From Escherichia coli O157:H7 (GTDB taxonomy: Bacteria; Pseudomonadota; Gammaproteobacteria; Enterobacterales; Enterobacteriaceae): a stretch of DNA of 64,000 nt. The notes under the pieces were generated by a model, which searched no databases, was not told where the DNA came from, and saw nothing but the letters and a program-made list of their open reading frames with translations. The position numbers and the translations under genes were made by a program. Each line of letters starts with the position of its first letter. Position 1 is the first letter of the stretch. This document shows, one piece after another, positions 36,330 through 47,886 of this stretch. The stretch lies in assembly GCF_013167455.1 (NCBI RefSeq), contig NZ_CP038328.1, one strand, 5' to 3'.

Positions 36330-37232
36330 ATGACCAATCTCTACGACTTGAAAAAGTTCGACTTAAATCTTCTTGTCATATTTGAGTGTATTTACCAGCA
36401 TTTAAGCATTAGCAAAGCTGCTGAATCACTATATATCACCCCATCAGCCGTGAGCCAGTCGTTACAACGCTTACGTGCGCAATTTAATGACCCTTTATTC
36501 ATTCGCTCAGGAAAAGGTATCGCGCCGACGACAACAGGGTTAAATCTGCATCACCATCTTGAGAAAAATCTCAGAGGCCTTGAACAAACAATTAATATAG
36601 TCAATAAGTCCGAACTAAAGAAAAACTTTATTATTCACGGCCCTCAGCTCATTTCTTGCTCTAATAATAGTATGCTGATCCGCTGCCTACGGCAAGATTC
36701 CTCTGTCGAGATTGAGTGCCATGATATCCTCATGTCAGCAGAGAATGCTGAAGAACTGTTGGTTCACCGCAAAGCCGATCTGGTGATCACCCAAATGCCA
36801 GTGATCAGCCGTTCCGTCATTTGCATGCCATTGCATACGATTCGCAATACTCTAATTTGTAGTAATAGGCATCCACGAATTACTGACAATAGCACTTATG
36901 AACAAATTATGGCAGAAGAGTTCACCCAATTAATATCTAAATCAGCAGGGGTTGATGATATTCAAATGGAAATAGACGAGAGATTTATGAATCGCAAAAT
37001 TTCATTTCGTGGTTCCTCTTTGCTGACAATCATTAATAGCATTGCAGTTACAGATTTACTGGGAATAGTCCCCTATGAACTTTATAACTCCCACCGTGAC
37101 TTTCTTAATTTAAAAGAGATAAAACTAGAACATCCGTTACCTTCAATAAAGCTTTACATTTCCTATAATAAATCTTCTTTAAACAATCTGGTGTTCTCAC
37201 GATTTATTGACCGTCTAAATGAGTGTTTTTGA
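36330..37232 (+). CDS. ybdO: LysR-family transcriptional regulator
   Basis: 300 aa ORF; LysR HTH (LNLLVIFECIYQHLSISKAAESLYITPSAVSQSLQRLR); strongly AT-rich; paralogous to ybeF in this window. Confidence 0.85.
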   Translation: MTNLYDLKKFDLNLLVIFECIYQHLSISKAAESLYITPSAVSQSLQRLRAQFNDPLFIRSGKGIAPTTTGLNLHHHLEKNLRGLEQTINIVNKSELKKNFIIHGPQLISCSNNSMLIRCLRQDSSVEIECHDILMSAENAEELLVHRKADLVITQMPVISRSVICMPLHTIRNTLICSNRHPRITDNSTYEQIMAEEFTQLISKSAGVDDIQMEIDERFMNRKISFRGSSLLTIINSIAVTDLLGIVPYELYNSHRDFLNLKEIKLEHPLPSIKLYISYNKSSLNNLVFSRFIDRLNECF

Positions 37233-37378
37233 TATATAACCTCAGACAGCTACTATAACTTTCACCTATTTATTCACAGCGCGAATGAAAAATAAAACAC
37301 TCTGCTTTTCAGTGTTTACTTTATAATTAACAGTCTTATCTCACTGATCACCCTGTAACGTTCAGAGAGCGTCTTCAG

Positions 37379-38599
37379 ATGTCTATTTATAAAATTCCTC
37401 TTCCGCTCAATATTCTGGAAGCTGCACGAGAGCGTATTACCTGGACACTCAACACCCTACCCCGCGTTTGTGTCTCATTTTCTGGCGGCAAAGACTCTGG
37501 TTTAATGCTGCATCTGACAGCCGAACTCGCCCGACAAATGGGCAAAAAAATCTGCGTTTTGTTTATCGACTGGGAGGCGCAATTCTCTTGCACCATTAAC
37601 TATGTTCAGTCCCTGCGCGAGTTGTACACCGATGTCATCGAAGAGTTTTACTGGGTTGCGCTCCCGCTTACGACGCAAAATTCCCTTTCACAATACCAAC
37701 CCGAATGGCAGTGCTGGGAACCTGATGTCGAATGGGTACGTCAGCCCCCGCAAGATGCGATAACCGATCCTGACTTTTTCTGCTTTTACCAGCCAGGCAT
37801 GACCTTCGAACAATTTGTACGTGAGTTTGCCGAATGGTTTTCACAAAAACGTCCGGCGGCGATGATGATCGGCATCCGTGCGGATGAGTCCTACAACCGT
37901 TTTGTCGCCATCGCCAGTTTAAATAAACAACGTTTTGCCGACGATAAACCCTGGACTACGGCCGCACCAGGCGGTCATAGCTGGTACATTTACCCCATTT
38001 ACGACTGGAAAGTGGCTGATATCTGGACCTGGTATGCAAATCATCAAAGTCTCTGCAACCCACTGTATAACCTAATGTATCAGGCAGGCGTTCCTCTGCG
38101 TCATATGCGAATTTGCGAACCTTTTGGCCCGGAGCAACGACAAGGATTATGGCTCTATCACGTTATCGAACCGGATCGCTGGGCTGCTATGTGCGCACGA
38201 GTCAGCGGGGTAAAAAGTGGCGGCATTTACGCCGGACATGATAATCATTTCTATGGGCATCGGAAAATCCTCAAGCCAGAACATTTAGACTGGCAAGAAT
38301 ATGCATTATTGCTGCTCAATAGCATGCCGGAAAAAACAGCTGAGCATTACCGCAATAAAATCGCCATTTATTTGCACTGGTATCAGAAAAAAGGCATCGA
38401 GGTTCCACAAACCCAGCAAGGGGACATTGGCGCGAAAGATATCCCCTCCTGGCGGCGGATATGCAAAGTTTTACTCAATAACGATTACTGGTGTCGGGCA
38501 TTATCATTTAGTCCTACGAAAGCGAAGAACTATCAGCGTTATAACGAACGGATAAAAGGAAAACGTCAGGAATGGGGGATACTATGCAACAACGATTAA
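37379..38599 (+). CDS. ybdN: PAPS-reductase-like PP-loop ATP pyrophosphatase family protein (IbrA-like)
   Basis: 406 aa ORF; PP-loop motif SGGKDS visible (VSFSGGKDSGLMLHL). Confidence 0.85.
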   Translation: MSIYKIPLPLNILEAARERITWTLNTLPRVCVSFSGGKDSGLMLHLTAELARQMGKKICVLFIDWEAQFSCTINYVQSLRELYTDVIEEFYWVALPLTTQNSLSQYQPEWQCWEPDVEWVRQPPQDAITDPDFFCFYQPGMTFEQFVREFAEWFSQKRPAAMMIGIRADESYNRFVAIASLNKQRFADDKPWTTAAPGGHSWYIYPIYDWKVADIWTWYANHQSLCNPLYNLMYQAGVPLRHMRICEPFGPEQRQGLWLYHVIEPDRWAAMCARVSGVKSGGIYAGHDNHFYGHRKILKPEHLDWQEYALLLLNSMPEKTAEHYRNKIAIYLHWYQKKGIEVPQTQQGDIGAKDIPSWRRICKVLLNNDYWCRALSFSPTKAKNYQRYNERIKGKRQEWGILCNND

Positions 38600-39201
38600 C
38601 GCAGGATTTAACGCAATTTCTCGCCAGCTTGCCGGAAGATGATCGCATCAACGCGATTAATGAAATCCGCATGGCGATCCATCAGGTTAGCCCCTTTCGT
38701 GAAGAGCCAGTGGATTGCGTTCTGTGGGTTAAAAACAGCCAACTTATGCCTAATGATTACAACCCAAACAACGTGGCACCACCCGAAAAAAAACTGCTGA
38801 AAAAATCCATTGAAATAGATGGTTTTACCCAACCCATTGTGGTCACGCATACGGATAAAAATGCCCTGGAAATCGTGGATGGTTTTCACCGCCATGAAAT
38901 TGGTAAAGGCTCATCATCATTAAAATTACGCTTAAAAGGTTATTTGCCGGTGACCTGTCTGGAAGGTACGCGTAATCAACGCATCGCCGCGACTATTCGT
39001 CATAATCGCGCTCGTGGACGCCATCAAATCACCGCCATGTCGGAAATCGTCCGTGAACTCAGTCAGTTGGGATGGGACGATAATAAAATTGGCAAAGAGC
39101 TGGGAATGGACAGCGACGAAGTGCTGCGCCTGAAGCAAATTAACGGTCTGCAAGAGCTGTTTGCCGACCGTCAATATTCCCGCGCCTGGACTGTCAAATA
39201 A
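38572..39201 (+). CDS. ybdM: ParB/sulfiredoxin-like domain protein (IbrB-like)
   Basis: 209 aa ORF overlapping ybdN 3' end by 28 nt; ParB-type motif (IVDGFHRHEIGKG). Confidence 0.85.
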   Translation: MGDTMQQRLTQDLTQFLASLPEDDRINAINEIRMAIHQVSPFREEPVDCVLWVKNSQLMPNDYNPNNVAPPEKKLLKKSIEIDGFTQPIVVTHTDKNALEIVDGFHRHEIGKGSSSLKLRLKGYLPVTCLEGTRNQRIAATIRHNRARGRHQITAMSEIVRELSQLGWDDNKIGKELGMDSDEVLRLKQINGLQELFADRQYSRAWTVK

Positions 39202-40362
39202 CTACAGCTGGCGCAGTCGTTCAGCTGCTGCCAGCAACGTCGATTCCTTCTTGGCAAAACAGAGACGAATCAGTTTATGTGGGAAGGGATCGGCGCAAAA
39301 CACCGATAGCGGAATCGCCGCCACGCCGTGCTCCCGCGTCAGCCACTGGCAAAACTCAACATCATCCAGGGTAGAAACCGCGCTGTAATCCACCAGCAAA
39401 AAGTATGTGCCTTCGCACGGTAAAATCTCCAGCCGACTTTCATTTAAGGCATTTACCAGAATATCGCGCTTCTGGCGATAAAAGTCCGGTAACGCAAGAT
39501 AATGCTCAGGTTCTGCACGTAGCATATCCGCAATTGCCAGCTGTGCCGGGGTATTCACCGAAAAGGTCAGATACTGATGTACCTTGCGAATTTCGGCGCT
39601 GATGGGCGCTGGCGCAACACAATAACCCACTTTCCAGCCGGTCATATGATAGGTCTTGCCAAACGATGACACCGCCACCGCCCGCTCACGCAGCTGCGGA
39701 TGCGCCAGCACACTGGCATGGCCCTGTTGTGAAAAGTTGATGTGCTCGTAGACTTCATCGCTAATGACAAAAATCTCGTGCCCGGCGATCGCCTGCCACA
39801 AAGCGGCGAAATCAGCCTGCTGCCAGACAGTTGCACTGGGATTATGCGGAGTGTTGAGGATCACCAGTCTGGTGCGCTCGCTTAACAATGCGGCAAATTC
39901 CTGCCAGTCAACGCGAAAATGCGGTGGTTGCAGTGCCATACGCTTCACTATTCCCCCAGAAAGCGCGATGGCGGGGGCGTAACTGTCATAGCTGGGATCA
40001 AAACAAATCACTTCATCGCCATTGCGCACCAGTGCGGTAATCGCCGCGTATAACGCTTCCGTCGCCCCTGCCGTTACGGTGATATCGCTATCGGCATCTG
40101 GTTGATAGCCATACAAACGTTCCGTTTTCTGAGCAATCGCCTCGCGCAAGGCCTGCACGCCGGTCATGGGCGCGTATTGGTTTGCCCCCTGGGCAACGTG
40201 GTACGCCAGCCGCTCCTGTAAATAGCGCGGACCATCAAAATCAGGAAAGCCTTGCGACAGGTTAATCGCCTGGTGTTGCTGCGCCAGCGCGCTCATCTGG
40301 GTGAAAATAGTGGTGCCAAGTTGTGGAAGTTTGCTTTGTGGAATCAGAGGGTTATTTGTCAT
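39202..40362 (-). CDS. ybdL: PLP-dependent aminotransferase (methionine aminotransferase)
   Basis: 386 aa ORF; class I aminotransferase fold with PLP-lysine region (SSFGKTYHMTGWKVGY). Confidence 0.9.
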   Translation of the reverse strand: MTNNPLIPQSKLPQLGTTIFTQMSALAQQHQAINLSQGFPDFDGPRYLQERLAYHVAQGANQYAPMTGVQALREAIAQKTERLYGYQPDADSDITVTAGATEALYAAITALVRNGDEVICFDPSYDSYAPAIALSGGIVKRMALQPPHFRVDWQEFAALLSERTRLVILNTPHNPSATVWQQADFAALWQAIAGHEIFVISDEVYEHINFSQQGHASVLAHPQLRERAVAVSSFGKTYHMTGWKVGYCVAPAPISAEIRKVHQYLTFSVNTPAQLAIADMLRAEPEHYLALPDFYRQKRDILVNALNESRLEILPCEGTYFLLVDYSAVSTLDDVEFCQWLTREHGVAAIPLSVFCADPFPHKLIRLCFAKKESTLLAAAERLRQL

Positions 40363-40470
40363 TTTTATTGTACCTGACGAAGTTGCGTGTTGAAGGCACT
40401 ATAACACGATGCTAGTATTTGGCAATCAAGACGTTTAGATGTCTAAATAAAACAATAAGGACAACACAAC

Positions 40471-41559
40471 ATGCCTCACAATCCTATCCGCGTGGTCGTC
40501 GGCCCGGCTAACTACTTTTCACATCCAGGAAGTTTCAATCACCTGCACGATTTTTTCACTGATGAACAACTTTCTCGCGCGGTGTGGATCTACGGCGTAC
40601 GCGCCATTGCTGCGGCGCAAACCAAACTTCCGCCAGCGTTTGGACTTCCAGGGGCAAAGCATATTTTGTTTCGTGGTCATTGCAGCGAAAGCGATGTACA
40701 GCAACTGGCGGCTGAGTCCGGTGACGATCGCAGCGTGGTGATTGGCGTCGGCGGCGGCGCACTACTCGACACCGCGAAAGCCCTCGCCCGCCGTCTCGGT
40801 CTGCCATTTGTTGCCGCTCCAACGATCGCCGCCACCTGCGCCGCCTGGACACCGCTCTCCGTCTGGTATAACGATGCCGGACAGGCGCTGCATTATGAGA
40901 TTTTCGACGACGCCAATTTTATGGTGCTGGTGGAACCGGAGATTATCCTCAATGCGCCGCAACAATATCTGCTGGCGGGGATCGGTGATACGCTGGCGAA
41001 ATGGTATGAAGCGGTGGTGCTGGCTCCGCAACCAGAAACGTTGCCGCTAACCGTGCGACTGGGGATCAATAATGCTCAGGCCATTCGCGACGTCTTGTTA
41101 AACAGTAGCGAACAGGCGCTTGCCGATCAGCAAAATCAGCAGTTAACGCAATCATTTTGCGATGTGGTGGATGCCATTATTGCTGGTGGTGGGATGGTCG
41201 GTGGTCTGGGCGATCGTTTTACGCGTGTAGCGGCGGCCCATGCCGTACATAACGGTCTGACTGTCCTGCCACAAACCGAGAAGTTTCTCCACGGCACCAA
41301 AGTCGCCTACGGAATTCTGGTGCAAAGCGCCTTGCTGGGTCAGGATGATGTGCTGGCGCAATTAACCGGGGCGTATCAGCGTTTTCATCTGCCGACTACG
41401 CTGGCGGAGCTGGAAGTGGATATCAATAATCAGGCGGAGATCGATAAAGTGATTGCCCACACCTTGCGCCCGGTGGAGTCCATTCATTACCTGCCAGTCA
41501 CGCTGACACCAGATACGTTGCGTGCAGCGTTCGAAAAAGTGGAATCGTTTAAAGCCTGA
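40471..41559 (+). CDS. ybdH: iron-containing alcohol dehydrogenase family (hydroxycarboxylate dehydrogenase)
   Basis: 362 aa ORF; Fe-ADH/glycerol-dehydrogenase-like Gly motif (GVGGGALLDTAKA). Confidence 0.88.
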   Translation: MPHNPIRVVVGPANYFSHPGSFNHLHDFFTDEQLSRAVWIYGVRAIAAAQTKLPPAFGLPGAKHILFRGHCSESDVQQLAAESGDDRSVVIGVGGGALLDTAKALARRLGLPFVAAPTIAATCAAWTPLSVWYNDAGQALHYEIFDDANFMVLVEPEIILNAPQQYLLAGIGDTLAKWYEAVVLAPQPETLPLTVRLGINNAQAIRDVLLNSSEQALADQQNQQLTQSFCDVVDAIIAGGGMVGGLGDRFTRVAAAHAVHNGLTVLPQTEKFLHGTKVAYGILVQSALLGQDDVLAQLTGAYQRFHLPTTLAELEVDINNQAEIDKVIAHTLRPVESIHYLPVTLTPDTLRAAFEKVESFKA

Positions 41560-41568
41560 CGTGCAAAT

Positions 41569-41766
41569 TTAGCAGCAGCGCGCGCCGCCTTTTCCACCGT
41601 AGCGCGCGTCCTGCCGCTCACGGAAAAACTCTTCGTAGGTCATCGGCGTTTGATCGGGATGGTTAACCCGCATATGTTCGACATAGTTGTCGTAATCAGG
41701 CATACCAATCATCAGCTTCGCCGCCTGACCTAAATATTTTCCGGCTTTTGCCAGTGAATCAAACAT
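41569..41766 (-). CDS. ybdD: DUF466 small protein, co-oriented downstream partner of cstA
   Basis: 65 aa ORF downstream of cstA on the same strand, recognised as YbdD. Confidence 0.85.
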   Translation of the reverse strand: MFDSLAKAGKYLGQAAKLMIGMPDYDNYVEHMRVNHPDQTPMTYEEFFRERQDARYGGKGGARCC

Positions 41767-41799
41767 CTTGGCCTCCGCTAACCATGTTGCTGAAAGAGT

Positions 41800-41833
41800 G
41801 CCGGATGCGGCGTGAACGCCTTATCCGGCCTAC
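41800..41833. repeat. REP (repetitive extragenic palindromic) element
   Basis: gccggatgcggcgtgaacgccttatccggcctac, canonical REP sequence, in the cstA-ybdD intergenic region. Confidence 0.85.
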
Positions 41834-41858
41834 AAATGCTATCAACGCGCTCGGTCAG

Positions 41859-41942
41859 CCCCCTCGCCCCATCGGGGAGAGGGTTAGGGTGAGGGGGAAC
41901 CCACGGCGCCATGCCAACATTCGCCAACATCCCCCCTCACTC
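41859..41942. repeat. GC-rich palindromic intergenic repeat adjacent to the REP
   Basis: ccccctcgccccatcggggagagggttagggtgaggggg ... cccccctcactc; nested inverted repeats (cccctcgcccc/ggggagaggg; gtgaggggg/ccccctcac); family not identified. Confidence 0.5.
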
Positions 41943-41947
41943 TGACT

Positions 41948-44053
41948 TTAGTGCGCGCCTTTTGCCTGCACCACGATCTCCTCGACATTTTCCGGCATTG
42001 GCTCATACGGCGTTTCTTTCGCCGTTGGCTTCGGCTCTTTCAATGCCGCAAGTGCCGTCTTAATCGAGAACAGTGCCAGAACCACCACGACCACCATAAA
42101 GAAGATGGTTAACCCGGCATCCAGACGGTTGTTGAACACCAGTTGCGCCAGCTGTGACTCAGTATACTGCGATGGAATATTACCGCTGTCGATCATTGCC
42201 TGGAACTTATTAGCAATGGCCAGGAAGCCGACTTTCGCATCCGGGCTAAACGCTTTCTGCCAGCCTGCGGTCAGGGTACAAATCAGCAGCCAGGCCGTTG
42301 GTACCAGCGCCACCCAGGCGTAACGTTGACGTTTCATCTTGAACAACACCACGGCACAGAGCATCAGCGCCATCCCTGCCAGCATCTGGTTGGCAATACC
42401 AAACAGCGGCCACAGAGTGTTAATACCGCCCAGCGGATCGACCACACCCTGATGCAGGAAGTAGCCCCACGCCAGCACGCACAGCGCCGTTGCCAGCAGG
42501 TTAGCAGGCAGTGAATCGGTCCGTTTCAGGCCCGGAGAAACCACGCCCAGCAGATCCTGCAACATAAAGCGCGCAGCACGCGTACCTGCATCCACCGCCG
42601 TCAGAATAAACAGAGCTTCAAACAGAATGGCGAAGTGATACCAGAACGCCACATCCATCATGCCGCCCAGCGCGCCATGCAGAATGTAGGCCATCCCCAC
42701 CGCCAACGTCGGCGCACCGCCCGCACGGGAAATGATCGACTGTTCTCCCACTTCGCTGGCAATCTGGTTGAGCGTATCCGGAGTAATCGCAAAGCCCCAG
42801 CTACTCACCACTTGCGCGGCAGAAGCGACCACATCCGCCGTCCCTGCCGGAGCCAGCACCGCCATCGGGCTGTTCATGGCGAAGTACACGCCCGGATCGA
42901 TGATACAGGCGGAAACCAGTGCCATAATCGCCACGAAGGATTCCATTAACATTCCACCGTAGCCGATAAAACAAGCCTGCCCTTCGTTCGCCAGCATCTT
43001 CGGCGTGGTGCCGGAAGAGATCAGCGCATGGAAGCCAGACACCGCGCCACAGGCGATGGTGATAAACAGGAACGGGAACAGGTTACCGGTCCATACCGGG
43101 CCAGTGCCGTCAACAAATTTGGTCAACGCAGGCATGGTCAGCGTCGGGCGCATAATCAAAATGCCTACCGCCAGACCAACGATCGTCCCGATTTTCAGGA
43201 AGGTAGAGAGGTAGTCACGCGGAGCCAGCAGCAACCATACCGGCAGCACCGCCGCCACAAAACCGTAACCCACCAGCATCCAGGTCAGCTGCACGCCGGT
43301 AAAGTCAAAGTACGGTGCCCAGGTCGGACTTTCTGCCACCCAGCCGCCAGAAATAATGGCGAAAATCAGGAATACCAGACCGATGACCGACACTTCACCA
43401 ATACGCCCCGGACGCAGATAGCGCAGGTAGATCCCCATGAACAGCGCCAGCGGAATGGTGAACGCAACGGTATACGTTCCCCACGGGCTATGAGTCAGGG
43501 CTTTCACCACGATCATCGCCAGTACTGCAAGGATAATGACCATGATCATAAAGCAGGCCACCAGCGCGATCACCCCGGCGGTTGGCCCCATCTCTTCTTT
43601 GACCAGCTCACCCAGCGAACGACCGTCACGGCGCGTAGAAACAAACAGCACCATGAAATCCTGCACCGCACCGGCGAGAACCACCCCGGCGAGTAGCCAG
43701 ATCATCCCTGGCAGGTAACCCATTTGCGCCGCCAGTACCGGCCCAACCAACGGACCTGCTCCGGCAATGGCCGCAAAATGGTGACCGAACAGCACTTTCT
43801 TGTCCGTCGGCACATAGTCCAGCCCGTCGTTATGGCGCACCGCTGGCGTCATACGCGTCGGGTCAACCGCCAGCACATTTTTGGCGATATACAGACCATA
43901 AAAACGGTAAGCGATCAGATAGATACAGACCGACGCCACCACAATCCACAGCGCGTTGATCTGTTCCCCACGATTTAAAGCAATATATCCCAGAGCAAAT
44001 GCTCCCATTACAGAGAGCACTGTCCAGACGAGGTATTTCCCTGATTTGTTCAT
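41948..44053 (-). CDS. cstA: carbon starvation protein A (peptide/pyruvate transporter)
   Basis: 701 aa polytopic membrane ORF recognised as CstA. Confidence 0.95.
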   Translation of the reverse strand: MNKSGKYLVWTVLSVMGAFALGYIALNRGEQINALWIVVASVCIYLIAYRFYGLYIAKNVLAVDPTRMTPAVRHNDGLDYVPTDKKVLFGHHFAAIAGAGPLVGPVLAAQMGYLPGMIWLLAGVVLAGAVQDFMVLFVSTRRDGRSLGELVKEEMGPTAGVIALVACFMIMVIILAVLAMIVVKALTHSPWGTYTVAFTIPLALFMGIYLRYLRPGRIGEVSVIGLVFLIFAIISGGWVAESPTWAPYFDFTGVQLTWMLVGYGFVAAVLPVWLLLAPRDYLSTFLKIGTIVGLAVGILIMRPTLTMPALTKFVDGTGPVWTGNLFPFLFITIACGAVSGFHALISSGTTPKMLANEGQACFIGYGGMLMESFVAIMALVSACIIDPGVYFAMNSPMAVLAPAGTADVVASAAQVVSSWGFAITPDTLNQIASEVGEQSIISRAGGAPTLAVGMAYILHGALGGMMDVAFWYHFAILFEALFILTAVDAGTRAARFMLQDLLGVVSPGLKRTDSLPANLLATALCVLAWGYFLHQGVVDPLGGINTLWPLFGIANQMLAGMALMLCAVVLFKMKRQRYAWVALVPTAWLLICTLTAGWQKAFSPDAKVGFLAIANKFQAMIDSGNIPSQYTESQLAQLVFNNRLDAGLTIFFMVVVVVLALFSIKTALAALKEPKPTAKETPYEPMPENVEEIVVQAKGAH

Positions 44054-44233
44054 AGTTGTTATCCGTGTGCGTGTCCATAGAGATGTTACATTTTGTTTCT
44101 ATAACATCTTTGTACGATTTAACAACACAGCAACCATGTAAATCGGAGTTGAAACCAATATTTAACTTAACAATGTTAACTCGATCACTCCGTTAACCGA
44201 GTTTTCCTGCAATCTCATATAATTCTGTCGGGT
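44054..44233 (-). promoter_or_regulatory. cstA promoter and 5' leader
   Basis: Region upstream of the cstA start; GGA-containing motifs near the ribosome-binding site (acacGGAtaacaact-ATG) fit the established CsrA control of cstA; CRP site not pinpointed. Confidence 0.4.
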
Positions 44234-45395
<1,162 letters not shown>

Positions 45396-45396
<1 letters not shown>

Positions 45397-46253
45397 TATT
45401 TCACCTCGCGGGAGAGTAGCTTCCACCAGGCGTCGATGGTCGGGTTTTTCGCCAACATGACAAAGTCGATATCGCCATGCACTTTGCGCCAGCGCGCCGC
45501 CAGCGCCATCATGCGCACCGAATCCAGACCGTAGTCGATCAGGTTGTCGTCATCGAACGGTTCATCGGACTCGTCCAGCAACGGCAGGATCACCTCACGC
45601 AGCGCCGCTTTGCTGGCGGGGATAGGTGCTGGCAGTAATTCTTCGGTCATCACCACCCGGCCAGAACGTCCGGCCACATATTTCAGCGACATCAAATGCT
45701 CGTCACGGCTGAAATCGGCCAGCGCATCCGCCACCATAAACGGTTTAATATCGCGCATAAATGCGTCGGTTGCGGTGGTCATACAGCCAATGTGGGCATA
45801 TACCCCGGTAATAATCAGCTGGTTACGTCCACTCTCTTTGAGCATTTGCTCCAGCGGAGAACGATGAAACGCGCTGTAGCGCCACTTCACCAGCACCGTG
45901 TCGTCGGCATCTGGCGTCAGTCGATCCACCACCTTTTGCTGTTCCGGCGAACGGGTCAGGCCCGGCCCCCACATATCATTCAACAGCGCCCGATCTTCAT
46001 CGCTCTGCTCTTTCGGCTGGGCGGTGTAATAAACCGGGATATTGTGCTGTTTGCAGTAGTCGCGCAGCGCAGCAATATTCGCGATCACCTGCTCCATCAT
46101 CGGGCAGTTCTCGCCCCAGAAGCTGACAAAATAGTCCTGCATATCATGGATTAACAACGCGGCACGTTGCGGTTCAAAGGCCCAGTCAACTTTATTCTGC
46201 GGAATATCGTGAGACTCCGGCAGTGCGTAAGCCTGTAATTTTGGAATAGCCAT
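45396..46253 (-). CDS. entB: isochorismatase / aryl carrier protein
   Basis: 285 aa ORF; N-terminal isochorismatase domain and C-terminal carrier domain with phosphopantetheinylation Ser (GLDSVRMMAL). Confidence 0.96.
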
Positions 46254-46266
46254 CGTGTTCTCTCCT

Positions 46267-47877
46267 TCAGGCTGATGCGCGTGACGCCAGCCACTGACGT
46301 AATTGTTTTTTATCGACTTTCCCGACCGCCGTCAGCGGAAGTGAATCCACACACTCCACGCGATCCGGTAATTTAAATTCGGCAATACCCTGTTCACGCA
46401 GGAAACGACGCACCTGCACCGCGCGAAGCGGCTCTTTTACCACCAGATAAGCACAGCTTTTTTCGCCCATCAGCTCATCTTCCATACTGACCAGTGCGGC
46501 GTAGATCACCGCCGGATGGCGCAGTAACAGGTTTTCGATCTCTTCGGCAGCGATCTTCTCGCCGCCACGGTTGATCTGATCTTTCTCGCGCCCCTGCACG
46601 GTGATGTAACCCTCTGGATCAATAGAGATCAGATCGCCGGAACAGTAAAAACCGTTGGCATCAAAGGCGCTGGCATTGTGCTGCGGGCTTTTGTAATAGC
46701 CACGGAAGGTATACGGCCCGCGCGTCATCAGTCGTCCGACTTCCCCTTGCGGCAGTGGATTTCCTTCGGCATCGGCAACCCATACTTCGTCATCCGGACA
46801 CATTGGGTAACCCTGGGTATGGATAATTTTCTCCGCGCTATCATCAAGACGGGTATAGTTCACCAGCCCTTCCGCCATACCAAACACCTGCTGCAACTGG
46901 CAACCAATCTCAGCGGGAATACGCGCCGCAAGCGTGGCAGAAAGACGTGCGCCACCGACCTGTAACAGTTTCAGCGAGGCAAGCTGCGCCCGGCTTTCGC
47001 CTTCGGTCAGCGCCTGCAACCACAGGCTGACTGCCGGCGGCACCAGCGCGGTAACGTTAATCTGATGTTTTTCAATCAATGGGAAGCAAAGCGTGGCGCT
47101 GGGATCGGCCGCCAGAACAACCGTTCCTCCGGCAAGAAAGACGCCCAGCGATCCCGGCGAACTCATGGCGTAGTTATGAGCCGCCGGGATCGCGCACAGG
47201 TAGCGTGTCTGTTGTGTGAACTGACAAATCTCGACGCTACGACGCACGCTGTAGTAGTAGTCGTTATGAGTGCGCGGGATCAGCTTCGGTGTACCGGTGG
47301 TGCCGCCGGAAAGCTGGAAATAGACCACTTCATCAGCAGGTGACGGCGTAGCAGTAAAACCGTCTGCCGGATGGTTAATCGCATCCTGCAAGTTATGCTC
47401 ACCGCTGTCGTTGAGTAGCTGCACCACGCGAATGGAAGAATGCTCTGCAACAAATGTGTTGAGGAAATCATCCCCGCTAAACAGCGCATGTTGGCGATCG
47501 GCAATCAGCAATGCGGGTTCAATCTGGCTGGCATAGGCGTTCAGTTCACTACGCTGATGGCTGAACAACGCCAGCACCGGCGCAACGCCCAGTTTCAGCA
47601 GCGCGAAAAAGGTAATGTAAAGTTCAGCGACGTTACCCAGTTGTACCAGCGCGGTTTCACCAGGTTTAATGCCCTGACGGCGTAAACTACACGCGAGGTT
47701 ATCCGCCGCCTGATTCAGCTCCCGGTAACTCAACTGTCGCTCGCCGTCGATAACCGCGATGCTGTCACTCGCAGCGTGGCGAGTCAGAATGTCAGTCAGT
47801 GGCAAATCCTGCCAGTAGCCTTTTTCCCGATAGCGACGGGCAAACTCTTCCGGCCAGCGGGTGAATGGAATGCTCAT
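46267..47877 (-). CDS. entE: 2,3-dihydroxybenzoate-AMP ligase
   Basis: 536 aa ORF; adenylation core motif (SGGTTGTPK). Confidence 0.96.
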
Positions 47878-47886
47878 CCTCGCTCC

